DNA of 61,712 bases, filler included, from Vannella sp. (Eukaryota), in the NCBI GenBank assembly GCA_023345925.1. It is 4 parts of 4 records of this genome, joined end to end, with 100 filler letters (N's around TTAATTAATTAA, not from the genome) between each part and the next. Parts side by side here need not be neighbours in the genome. Positions count along the whole stretch, not along the records: positions 24,366 to 40,490 come from JAJQQN010000758.1; positions 40,591 to 54,702 come from JAJQQN010001030.1; 2 more parts are not named here. One strand, given 5' to 3'. Positions 34,581 through 45,182 of this stretch are shown here, piece by piece. How positions within the stretch are numbered: position 1 is the stretch's first letter; each line of letters begins with the position of its first letter. The notes beneath the pieces are model-generated. The model was not told the origin of the DNA. It did not search any database and was given only the letters and a program-made list of their open reading frames with translations. The translations under genes were made by a program, and so were the position numbers.

Positions 34581-35939
34581 TTATGTTGCCCTTTTTCTCT
34601 TCTGTGGCAGATGCAAAGACTCACTTTCGCTGTGCAGAGCGTTGCAGTAAAGGAGGACGCGCAAAAGAGCCGCCATCTCCTGAGCAACTGCGGGTGTGGG
34701 GCAAGACACTTGGAGATCGTTCACGGACGCTCGCCCTAACGCAATGAATCTCTTCATCGGGTCACAAAGAAGGGGAGAAGAGCAAACGATGTTGAAACGA
34801 AGATACTCCGCTGCGGTGAGAGGCGAAACAGAGAGGAGAGAAATAATCAGTCCCCCGCCATGATTCTTGAGGATGACAGACACCATCTGGTTGATGAACA
34901 CTTCTTCAGGCATCTCCTTTTGATCCCAAAGAGGGGAAAGGTGCTCTTGCAAGAAGGCTAAAGAGGCTCCAGGCCAGAGACCGTTGGAATGTTGTGACTC
35001 GGGGAGGAGAGGCCGAGGAAGCCGGCAAGCCTTCATCATGCTATTGATGTGGGAGGATACAAAGCCCGTTTGCTCGAGCAAAGAGTCAGAGAGTTCGTTC
35101 TTCAAAGCCAGAGAAGTGTCGATCTGACTGACGGACCGGTTTGTTCCATCTCCACCTCGGAATGCACTGGAGAGTCCCGCAAAGACAGCCTCGCAGATCC
35201 ATTTACGTTCAAGGATGTTGACCACTCGCAGGTCCACAGAGAGGGACTCCCCTTCTACTGGTGTTACAGAGTGCCAATAGCCAGGAGGGAGGTAGATCAT
35301 AGAGCCAGGAGTAAGGTGGTATGTGGTAACGTTAGCAGGACCAGTGGAGGGAATGGCTACCTGTTGTTCAAGGAAGTTCGTCGGTCGATCGCCCAACGAG
35401 CGATTAGCCCACGTTTCAGGAGATCCAGGGATACAGTGCCAGTCCTTTTGGCCTCTGATTTGAATGGTTATATTGTGATTGTTGTCGTAATGCCAGGCAG
35501 CTGCTCCACCTCCTACTCGGGAGACGTAAACACCAACTTCCACGTCACTGCCTCCATAGTCTCCCATCTCCTCAAGAAAGGCAGTCTTGAGTTCCATCGC
35601 ACCTGGCGTGAAGCAGAAAGGGAGAACGAGTGTGTTTTGGTGCTCCAGGGAGCTGATCATCTCCTCCATCTCCTGAGAAGAGAAGAGAGCATTCGATTCC
35701 TCTTTACGACAGTCCTTGAGTACTTCCGCGACATCACCTTGATAGAATCCCTCCTCCAGTTTAGTGTACGAAGCCTCGTCTAACAAACAGTTCAAAACTT
35801 TCTTGCCCCAGAAGGACTTTTGGAAGCTTTGGATCGCATCGCTCTCCTCTTCTGCAAGAGCAGAGAGGATACCACCCAAAGAAAGCCTTGGAGCATCACC
35901 ATTACAGCAGGAGTCGTCCTCCTCGTCAGAGCTCATCAC
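34581..35939 (-). CDS. JmjC/cupin 2-oxoglutarate oxygenase (Cupin_4/ROX-like)
   Basis: HxD in AWHYDNNHNITIQIRGQKDW; distal His in LTPGSMIYLPPGYWHSV; basic C-terminal KRKR. Confidence 0.82.
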   Translation of the reverse strand: MMSSDEEDDSCCNGDAPRLSLGGILSALAEEESDAIQSFQKSFWGKKVLNCLLDEASYTKLEEGFYQGDVAEVLKDCRKEESNALFSSQEMEEMISSLEHQNTLVLPFCFTPGAMELKTAFLEEMGDYGGSDVEVGVYVSRVGGGAAAWHYDNNHNITIQIRGQKDWHCIPGSPETWANRSLGDRPTNFLEQQVAIPSTGPANVTTYHLTPGSMIYLPPGYWHSVTPVEGESLSVDLRVVNILERKWICEAVFAGLSSAFRGGDGTNRSVSQIDTSLALKNELSDSLLEQTGFVSSHINSMMKACRLPRPLLPESQHSNGLWPGASLAFLQEHLSPLWDQKEMPEEVFINQMVSVILKNHGGGLIISLLSVSPLTAAEYLRFNIVCSSPLLCDPMKRFIALGRASVNDLQVSCPTPAVAQEMAALLRVLLYCNALHSESESLHLPQKRKRAT

Positions 35940-36124
35940 TGCTGGTGGTCATGCAAATGTCCCTCAACCAGCCTTTGCTTGTCACCCCTCCTTAGAAAAA
36001 TTACAAAACAACAGAAATTGGGTAACATTATTTACTAGGGTAATCCATTAAGCATTTGGCAAAAAGGGCGTTTTGGTTCTGCTGTAGGTAACGGCCACTC
36101 GTTCTTTCGCCACGGCCGGTTACC

Positions 36125-37223
36125 ATGCGAGCCTGCTTCGCATTTGTTTTGGTTTTTTTGGTGACCTTTTCAGTGGCCGACTTGAGGTCCCCCGATGACT
36201 ATATCGTCGAAGTGCAGACCACTGTTGATGTGAATGGGACGAGTGTTTTCCTCTTGGAAGTTCACCGTGGTTGGAGCATCTACGGGTCTGACCGTTTTTT
36301 TACTCTTCTTCACCCTTCTATTCGCTACTATGACAACAACGGCTTCTACGGAGTTTCTCCCGACAACTTTGTTCAGGTGGGTTGTCCCTTTCTCTCCCTG
36401 TTTCCTCCTCTGTTGACCTCTTCCTTCTCTTTAGTGGGGATTCAATCCTTCACCAGCTGTTACACGCAGATGGCAGGTTCCAATTCCTGATGAGAAACGT
36501 ACGTCAAAACAGAGGTCGGCGATCTCTGCTTACTGACCTGTCCACTTCATTCAGCCGTTGTGAGAAACATTCGAACCTACCTCGCTTTTGCTCCAAGCCT
36601 TCCTGCTCCCAAGTCTCGAACAACTCAGCTCTTTATCAACTTGGAGGACAACCCTCAACTCGACGAACTCAACATCGTTCCCTTCGCTCGGGTCATCAAG
36701 GGCATGGAAGTGGTAGAAGCGATTTACGCTGGCTATGGAAACACCCCAGACACGGTGAGCTTGCCGCTTCGCCCCCAACAAAAGCCGGATCCTCACATCA
36801 TGCTTTTAGAATCGTCTCGCCCGTGAGGGTAACTCCTACCTAGAGGCAAACTTTCCCCTGCTTGACTACATCATTGCTGCTCGTGCTATTGCACAGGCAG
36901 GCAATGGCGGCAACGGTGGCAACGGCAACAGCCGCGGCAGTAGGGACAGTGGTGTTGTCACCACTCAGAACGAAGCAGCAATCATTGCACCAGCAGTCAT
37001 TTTGAGTGTCCTTCTCATTCTCCTCGTAGCAATGATTGTTGCTGCTATGTTTGCTCTCCTTGGCGCTGCAAAGAACGAGGACGGCAAGTTCTCAGAGAAC
37101 GTCAAATCTTCTCGTACAGAACACGTTGATGCAGACTTTGGTACCACCACTCAGCACAACATCGCTGACAACACTCGGGTGGAGTTCCCTGACCAACACC
37201 CTTCTTCGATGAGCGTTTCCTAA
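36125..37223 (+). CDS. Type I membrane cyclophilin-like protein, multi-exon
   Basis: Signal peptide; LEVHRGWS..GSDRFFTLL..YYDNNGFY, RTTQLFINLEDNPQLD..PFARVIKGMEVVEAIYAGYG, EGNSYLEANFPLLDYI; C-terminal TM. Confidence 0.8.
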
Positions 37224-37336
37224 TTTCCTTTCCACCAAATCATAGATTTGACAACAAAATTACCCATTTATCGTTAGTCCTCAGCGGGCTGCTTGGAGGA
37301 CTGAAGTGGTCATTGGGTCAGAACACGGGTCGTTGG

Positions 37337-40300
37337 TTAGTCCACGAATTGCTTCTTCCTCCTCTTTGGTGGAGGAAGGGCGAAGGAGGACAGCTTTTCC
37401 AACCCACTTCCACTCCCAATTTCAAAGGGGATTGGCATGGGAACAACCTCCATTTCAGTCACCTGTTCGAAGAGGGGAGTTGGCCGCTTGAGAATGTTTT
37501 TGGGGGGAGTCGGCTGGGAAGAATCACATCCATCATTCATATCAATCATGATCCGAGCTCCAGGATCTGGAAGGTCTTTCCTGATGGTATTTGCAGGTTC
37601 CAATTCCATGTCAGTGATCCGGTTCCTCTCAGCTCTGCGTTGCAATGCTGAATTTCGCCTTTCGTCATACAAATCGACTGAATGGAGAATGGTGTTGATG
37701 AAATTGCCGTAAAGAGCAGAGCTGGGGTCAAAAGTAGAGGCAACCAACTCGTCCGCGCTTTTTTCAGCGCCCATTTCAACGCTCTCTCCATCAAGTGTTT
37801 GACCCAAAACATCCAGTTTTGATTCCACAAGTCCCCAAATATGTTCATCCAGGGTTCCACGACCTATCAAGTACTCCACTGTTATCGGCTTCTTTTGTCC
37901 AATTCGATGGGCACGATCTTCTTTGAAGAAGTGCTCCAGGATTCCAAAATAGTTCAGCAAAGATGACTTTACTGGCAGCGGTGAGAGTCAGACCACACCC
38001 AGCTGCAGTAATGCTGAGAACGGCAACGCGACAACTTTCCGTGTCCTGGAATCGGTCAACCAATCCTTGTCGCTTTTTCACTTGTGTGTGGCCGTCGATG
38101 CGGATAAAGTCGATATCCTGAGAGTTCAGCATATGGCAACATGACTTGATGACATTCTGGTGGTATGCAAAGAGAAGGATCTTCTTATCTCCAGCTAGCT
38201 GTTCTTCCAAATACTCAAGGACAGCTGGTATCTTACAGGTACCGCTGGATTGGAACAGATCCATAATAATAGCAAGAGTATCAGATGAGGCTTCCTTCTT
38301 TGTGCGTTGATTTTTCGAAAACATCTTCCGCTTGGAGGCTTTCAGGTCTGAAAAAGCTTTCTCGAGAACCCTAGCATGAGCTCTATCAGTGATCGTGATG
38401 GGAACCTGTACCCTAGTTTTTGTTGGAAGTTGGTTGAGAACGTCTTCCTTGAGCCTGCGTATCATAACAGTGTGGGATAGTAAAAGGTGTAACTCCCTCA
38501 AATTTGAGGATCCTTTGGCTTCGAATCCATATTGACCGGAATGCCCATCACAGTATCGCGTTGCAAATTCAAAGTAGTTCTTGTACTGTGAGGGGTTGAC
38601 GGCTTCAAGTTGAGGGAAGAGTTCCGATGGCCGAGAAACGGCTGGAGTTCCTGAGAGGAGGAGGGCCCTTCTGGCTGTCTTGATGAGAGGAACAAGAGCT
38701 TTTGTTCTCTTCGTTTTGGAACACTTAATCGAGTGACTCTCGTCAACAATAATAATTTTGAAGCGCTGGGAGGTCAGTTCATCAGCAAGGTTACCTGCCA
38801 AATCGTAAGAGATTATTGTCACCTTTCCACGGTAGTGGGCTGTCTTGGAGGCGTATACTACATTGATTTCGCTCTCATCTAATCCAGGTATCCATTTACA
38901 GAATTGAGCCCTCCAGTTATCCCGGAGTGAAGAAGGGCACACAATGAGAACAGGCCACTCTTCAGTATAACAGCAGCTTATTGCAATAGCTTGGACAGTT
39001 TTGCCAAGACCCATTTCATCACAGATCATCGCTCGTCCTCCTCTTTGGAGAGCAAAGAGAACTCCTTCTCTTTGATAGGGTAGTAGTTGAGACAGAAGAG
39101 AAGGCGGTAGCTTGTCTAAAGTCGCGGATTGTAACTTAAATTTTCGTGAAACAAATACATCTACTATTTGTGGCCTGAGAGGATGAAGGGTGATATGAGC
39201 CACTTGGCGGAGGATGCGAGTAAATTCGTGATATTGAGAAAGTGGAAAGGTCCATGATTTTTCTTGCAAGTCCATCGCAGATCCTTCGATATGCTTATAA
39301 ACCTCATTTAGACACTCATTATCGGTGAGAGGTACTCCAAAAGCCAATGCGCTCATTAGGGTGCACTCGACTTGTCCAGGAATTGAGTTGTGGGGAATGG
39401 TGGTGAGCGGTTGATTCGAGTTATGAACGTTATCTGGCAGAACCAAACTGGCACTTATTTCTTGGGAGATCAAAGTGGGATGAGATTGCTCCGGTAAAGT
39501 AGTTAAGGGCATTGTCCCTGGACGTACAGTTGCTAGGGGCATTGTCACTGGAATACACTTCATGGGCATCTGCTCTCGTAACAAACAGCTTGGAGGAGAG
39601 ACAATCCTCTCAGAAGTTGAAGTTTGGATAATATTTACGTGTTGCTGACATTTTGGGGGGTGCAGGATGCTCTCATCATCTGCAAATTCTTCAAAATCGA
39701 TGTCATCAAGAAGATCCACTGCTGATATGGAGGATAGATCCAATTCACCTTGTGGGGGGATCTTTGGTGTACTGAACCGACTATCAGAAGACGGCCCAGA
39801 GGATCCAGATGATGCATGCAAGGTTGTTGCGGTAACCAGTAACTGTTGTGGAGTAATGCCCCTTTTCACCTCTGAATTCTTGGCAGCTGAGGTTCCGATT
39901 GCTGGATTGACAAAGATGTCGTCGTCGTTAAATTCGTCCAAGTCGATATCATCAAGATAGTGGTCCATCTCTGGAAGCGCAGATCCTCGGGGGCCATTTG
40001 GAACAATATTGGGAGTAACGCGAGAGTCTGACTTTTGGAAACTGCTGGAGCTTGAACCAGGAGTCATATAATTCCCATTGAGGCGGGGAGTTGGGTTGGA
40101 GAGAATCTTCTGGTGAGGCAAGTAGGTATTCTGTGCTGGCCTTTCTGTTTGTCTATTCAGGGAGGTTCCACTCTGGACATGATGCTGGGGAGTGGGCATC
40201 TTGAGAACAGAGGTCGAGGGGTAAGGGTTCCGCACTTGGTGGGGTAATGGAGTGATAGAATTGGTCTGTTGGTGAGGTATTGACCTTCCAACTGGGCTTT

Positions 40301-40490
40301 TGAAGGGAGCTCCTCCCTGAATGGCGTGGTTGGGAACAGGCATGATCTTAGAAGAGGAAGAGGAGGGGGGTTTCTGCATTGGAGGGTCTCTTGGATTGGA
40401 GTTGTTAGCCCATCCACCGAGTTGATGTGAGGAAGGAAGAGGGCTATCATGCCGCGCTCCCAGTGATGAGAAAGGGCGCATACTGACGGG
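37337..40490 (-). CDS. SMARCAL1: SMARCAL1/ZRANB3-type SNF2 annealing helicase with an apparent frameshift near 37922; 5' end may be truncated
   Basis: LLPYQREGV, DEMGLGKTVQA, IIVDESH, LSGTPAVSRPSELF, MIRRLKEDVLNQLP, RIDG, LSITAAGCGLTLTAA, ELFWNPG; motif VI EDRAHRIGQ follows in a different frame. Confidence 0.85.
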
Positions 40491-40590
40491 NNNNNNNNNN
40501 NNNNNNNNNNNNNNNNNNNNNNNNNNNNNNNNNNTTAATTAATTAANNNNNNNNNNNNNNNNNNNNNNNNNNNNNNNNNNNNNNNNNNNN
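40491..40590. other. Artificial contig spacer
   Basis: N44-TTAATTAATTAA-N44. Confidence 0.98.
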
Positions 40591-40809
40591 GAACTACGGA
40601 GAGCCCTCAAAGAGACATCCTCGACAGACATAGAGTGGATGTGCCACCCAGGGTTTGTGTGCGAAAGCGCTGACGAGTTCTCACGGTCACCTGGACGAGA
40701 GCACGAGCTGGCACTTATTCTCTCTTCAGAATTGAAGCAGTTGCTTGAGGATGAAGGAGTTCAGATCACTTCCTTTCACTCCCTTTTACCTAAAGCATTG
40801 GAACAATGA
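40591..40809 (+). CDS. 3' end of a YdjC/ChbG-family carbohydrate deacetylase (absent from the ORF track)
   Basis: Reads ELRRALKETSSTDIEWMCHPGFVCESADEFSRSPGREHELALILSSELKQLLEDEGVQITSF..*, containing the family ExMCHPG..RxxEL motif. Confidence 0.75.
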   Translation, partial: ELRRALKETSSTDIEWMCHPGFVCESADEFSRSPGREHELALILSSELKQLLEDEGVQITSFHSLLPKALEQ

Positions 40810-40937
40810 ATCAAAGTCTCCTTCCTTGGTCCGTTTGAATCAATGTCCCAAGAAGACTCTCTCAGAGGGACTCATTACAATTAGTTCTTTACAAGTAGTC
40901 CCCTGATGAGGTAGTGTACATTGAGAGCTCTCCTACA

Positions 40938-41839
40938 CTAGTGACCTCCCTCAAGAGAGAGCCGAATAGCCTCGGCAATCATCAATTCCTCGACTTGGGC
41001 GGGGCTCATGTTGTTTTGGTCCATCAGTTGGGCAAAGTCTGCAAGGATCAGGTCAGATAGTGTGAGATGGCAAGAGAATGAGGGGCTTACTGAGCGCTTG
41101 CTGACCCCCTGCGCTGCTAGACTCCTCGCTTGGGTCGGAATCCTCCTCTGGAACAGCCACTGGGGACTGGGCAGGTTGGTTGCTAGCTAAAGAGTCATTC
41201 TGTGATTGCCTCTCGCGTTCACGCTCTTTGACTCTCTCTCTGTCTCGTTCCAACTCCTCTTCTCGCATTCGCAGTTGAGCTTGTTCCACCTTCTTCTGGT
41301 CCTGTGCACCATCCTTGTCAGCTCTCAGGCACAAGTTGATGCTGGTTACGTACTTCTCGCTCAGTTTCCCGGTCTGTTTTGCTCTTGGGGCCTGAATAGG
41401 TCACTGCAAAGTCATCTTTGCTGCAGAAAGGACAAGGAGCGGGAGTACTGGGGGACTCTTTCAACTGAAGGAAACACTCTGAGGTGGTTGTGAATCTACG
41501 AGACTCTCAGGTGGTCTCTACTCCATACCTGTGCATATCTCTTGTCTGCAGCACTTGGTCCGGTTCAAACCGCAAGGATAGCACTGGGGGGAAGGGAACT
41601 GTCAGAGAAGACTCTCCACTAGCCACTATACGAACCAGAAAGCAAATGGGGCACTCGTCTGTCTCCATATGAGCGGGAGGATCTTCCACGCCTTTGAAGA
41701 TGGGAGCAAGCTTCTTCTCGCACACCAACTTCCGGATAGCCTTTGGCGACCACGCGCAACGCGGGTACAAGCCCACAAGCACACAGTTCTTCGCCTCCGT
41801 AGACTCCCCACGTTGAGCTTTGCTCTTGACCTGCCCCAT
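40938..41839 (-). CDS. SIP5/DA2/GW2-type RING E3-ligase-like protein, multi-exon
   Basis: MGQVKSK (myristoylation-like), IRKLVCEKKLAP, ECPICFL / YPCGLNRTKCCRQEICT / ECFLQ..CPFC, and a C-terminal UIM-like EELMIAEAIRLSL. Confidence 0.82.
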
Positions 41840-42082
41840 TCCCTTCCTCTGCTCCCCAAAGCGAACCAAAAAGTGCGACAAGAAGGTCTCAAGTTTGCCA
41901 CTCTTTTTCAGCTCCAAAACGCGAATGACAATTTTGTTGAAACAGGGCTGCTTTTCCATCGTTTAGAGGGGACCCCTCTCTCAGAGTTCTCATCAGGGAC
42001 AAAACCCCGATTTTCCGCACTTTCCTGGCAATGGTTGAAAAGTGCCTCAAAATTCGATCAGGACCAAGTTCCGGAGGTGTCC

Positions 42083-43144
42083 TCAAAGGAAACGGGCACT
42101 CTTCTTTTTGCTCTTGCTATTGAATGAATGAGGGAGAGCGGGCTGGACAGGGCAAAGCGTGGGAGTGGGGAGTTTGGTCGTGTGATTGAGTCCGAGTTGT
42201 CCTTGATAGTTCCATCCGAAGACCAGCAGGCCACCTTCCTGTGGGAACGCCAAAGAATGGTTCCGACCAGCGACTAGGGCGCTCATTCCTTTCAACGAAG
42301 GGACCAGAGCGGGTTGGGGCTGATGGGAAGTGTTGCCCATCCCCAACTGCCCATTTGGACCGTATCCCCAGGTCCAAACGTCGCCGCTCTCGTCCAGGGC
42401 GAGAGTGTGATGCTCTCCACAGGAGACACCAAACAAAGGAGGGGTGTTGTTGATTCGCTTAATCTTCATATGGTCACCAGAAGAGCGCCCCAATTGGCCG
42501 CGGAAGTTATCTCCAGAGGAGAAGACGCCTCCTTGCGAGTCGACGATCATCACCTGTTGTAAGAGGGCAGCCAGGCATCGCAGAGGTCCTACGGAGCGCT
42601 CTTCCACCTGGATTTGAGTCGGTTGGAGGGCGCTGATGTTGTGACCGAGGCCCAGTTGCCCTTGGAAGTTGTCGCCCAACACCCAGAGGCCTTCTTCGGC
42701 CTCTGCCACCAGAAAGTCTTTGCCGCAAGCCACCTTGAGGAGTGGAGGGAGTCCTTCCACTCGTTTTGGAAGAGAATGCGCCCAAGAGAGATCTTCTGCG
42801 CACGTCCACACCCAAAGGCCGCCTTCGGTGTCTATTGCAGCGCTGTGAGAGAAGCCAGCAACCACCAGGGTCATGAGGGGTATTTCTGGAACTAGTTCAA
42901 AGGTGAGAGGAGAAGCAGAGAAGCAGGAGGAGCCAGCCTGCCACACACCACCCTCCGCGTCAAGAACGAGGGAGTGTTCCATTCCCCAGTCCACCTGAAC
43001 CACCTGCGGGCCCTTCCAGGGGACCATTGCGGGTGTGAGTTGCTTGTTGTTGTGTCCGAGACCGAGTTGACCAGACAAGTTGCGCCCAAAAGCCAAAAGG
43101 CCCCCTTCAAGGGAGAGAAGGAGCGTGTGGTCGCCAAGGGGCAT
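42083..43144 (-). CDS. RCC1-repeat protein, intronless, paralog B
   Basis: Collinear with 12900-13964: MP(L/F)GDHTLLLS, PPLLKVACG, AEAEEGLWVLGDN, AFPQEGGLLVFG, C-terminal RFL*. Confidence 0.9.
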   Translation of the reverse strand: MPLGDHTLLLSLEGGLLAFGRNLSGQLGLGHNNKQLTPAMVPWKGPQVVQVDWGMEHSLVLDAEGGVWQAGSSCFSASPLTFELVPEIPLMTLVVAGFSHSAAIDTEGGLWVWTCAEDLSWAHSLPKRVEGLPPLLKVACGKDFLVAEAEEGLWVLGDNFQGQLGLGHNISALQPTQIQVEERSVGPLRCLAALLQQVMIVDSQGGVFSSGDNFRGQLGRSSGDHMKIKRINNTPPLFGVSCGEHHTLALDESGDVWTWGYGPNGQLGMGNTSHQPQPALVPSLKGMSALVAGRNHSLAFPQEGGLLVFGWNYQGQLGLNHTTKLPTPTLCPVQPALPHSFNSKSKKKSARFL

Positions 43145-43226
43145 TCTAATGAATGATGTCAGCGAATGGAGGTTTCCTACATTTTACTTATTCGTGGAGA
43201 ACCTGGAAGCTCATTATTGGCGTTTA

Positions 43227-44098
43227 TCAAAGGAAGGGAACGGTGGAGGTCTTTGTGATGTCGAAAGCGATGAGGACAAGTCGGGTGAGGTCAAGGAAGA
43301 TTAAGATGATCATGGAACCGGCCAGGCAGTTGGAGGCTGTTTGCCAGATGGTCCAGGATGGACCAGGTTTCTCGTCAATGAGGTAGAACATGGGGAACGC
43401 TACGTAGAAGTACCAGCCGTAGAAGAGGGAGCCCACAGTGTACATGAACTCTTTGCTCTCATGCGTATAGTAAGGAACGGACTGAATCGTGAAGGTCTCC
43501 ATGAACGCCGTGGCCACTGACATCGTGAAGATCAGGAGAACGTTGCAAACTCCTTTCCCAAAGGATCCCATCCTACTGTAGGTCTTCGAAGTCCTCAGGA
43601 GTCGTATAAGGATGGTACTCAGAGTGAAATAAGTCATAAAGTACGCATGAGTGATGAAGTACAAGAAGACGGGCACTTGGTTGAGCTGGATGTCCACTGG
43701 AAAGGTGTATGCTGCACCGAGAACTTTGTAGAAGTAATGTGTGTAGAAGTAGTTGCCAACATAGCTGAAGATCGCCACCCAAACGTTCGCCTAGCTTGTG
43801 GTCAGTACTGTGACTCCCTCACAGGAGGAGAGAAGCTAACCTTAACCCAGTAGCGACTACCCAGAGGTAGAGAGCGATCAGATACACCTGGAAATGCGAG
43901 TGGAATGAGCACCAAAGGGAGAGCAAGAAGAAGTCCCAACGACATGTATTCCACATCGCCCCACTCCTTGTAGACCTCCGTAACCACCACCCCACCAAAC
44001 AAGGAGACCCACGCGACTGTGTACACCAAGAAGAAGCGCTCTCCCCATCGTTTGCTGGAGTTCAACCAGTTCGGCTGGATGGTCGACAAGAAGCTCAT
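43227..44098 (-). CDS. CPI1: Cycloeucalenol cycloisomerase (cyclopropyl sterol isomerase)
   Basis: SKRWGERFFLVYT, RYWVK / ANVWVAIFSYVGNYFYTHYFYKVLGAAYTFP, TAFMET, YTVGSLFYG, WT..N.LA.SM....LD.R; one intron at about 43792-43841. Confidence 0.9.
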
Positions 44099-44178
44099 AA
44101 AGAAGCAAGAAAATGGTCTCCAGACAGCCTCAACTAGAGCTCAGGGCAGGAGAGTGGAACCTTCACTTCGTCTGGGCC

Positions 44179-44927
44179 ATGTTGCGAGCGCTGTTTGTCC
44201 TCCTCGTTGTTGCTTACGCCTCTGCGGACATCTACAACTTTACCAAGCCTTTCTATCAAGAGCTGGATGATGCGCCAGGCCCTTGGATCATCTCGTTGTA
44301 GGCTGGGAGATGGAGGGAGAGGGGCTGGCGACTGAGACGGGGGAACAGGGGCAATCCTCGGTGTTCGTTTAGCAACAGATTCAACCTCATCTTCAAGAGA
44401 GTGGAGCAGGATCGTGCAGTGTATAGATGTCACTTTGGCTTCGTAGATTGCACCAAGAACCAGCGGCTTTGCTACGCCCTCGAGGTGCGCACGTACCCCA
44501 AAGTCATTTAGTACGTGCTCGTAGCCTTTCGTCCACTCTTGATCATTGACAAGCCTCCCAAGTGTGATTGGGAAGCACTACTTTGTGTATACGGGCGAAT
44601 GGAACGACTTCCAAGCGTTTGAGGGCTTCCTGAAGGGCGAGTACGAGAACTTTGAAGCTATCTCTCTACCTGATCGCGCTACTCTATTTGAAGAGGACTA
44701 CACTCTTGCAGAAGCAGTGCATGTACTTAAAGTGAGTTCTGATCATGCAAAGGGGCGACTAACAGCTTGATCAGACCCTGTTTGCTGAGCAACCGGAGTT
44801 CTTTGTGGCAACTGGCTTCCTCTTCTCCTTCTTACTAGGCGTCGTCGTTGCTGTCTGGACGATAGCCTGTTGTATGACTCCAACCCGGCCACAACGGCCC
44901 TCCATTGCGAAAGCCAAGGCAGACTAA
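44179..44927 (+). CDS. TMX-like ER thioredoxin-fold membrane protein with CxxS site, multi-exon
   Basis: Signal peptide. After intron 44298-44348 it reads PWIISLGNPRCSFSNRF..FGFVDCTKNQRLC..VRTYPKVI. It has a TM and ends in KAKAD* (KxKxx). Confidence 0.72.
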
Positions 44928-45182
44928 GAAGGCAGTGGCTTGACAACCTCTCCCTCTCTGGTTTGGGAGATTGAGCATGCAGAACAGAGAGTACATAACA
45001 GCATTCCAACAATGATAGGCTCCCCTCAATAGAGTTCCACTCCTCTCTTGATGAACCTTTCCTCCTTCCAGGCGAGAGGCGGGCTGGCTTTACCCCACAA
45101 GCTGAGTGATGCACCAGTCAGTCAGATTTGCACCTCCTGCACATCCAGGTGTCCCATTTGTGAGGGTTCTGGGGGCCTGGGC

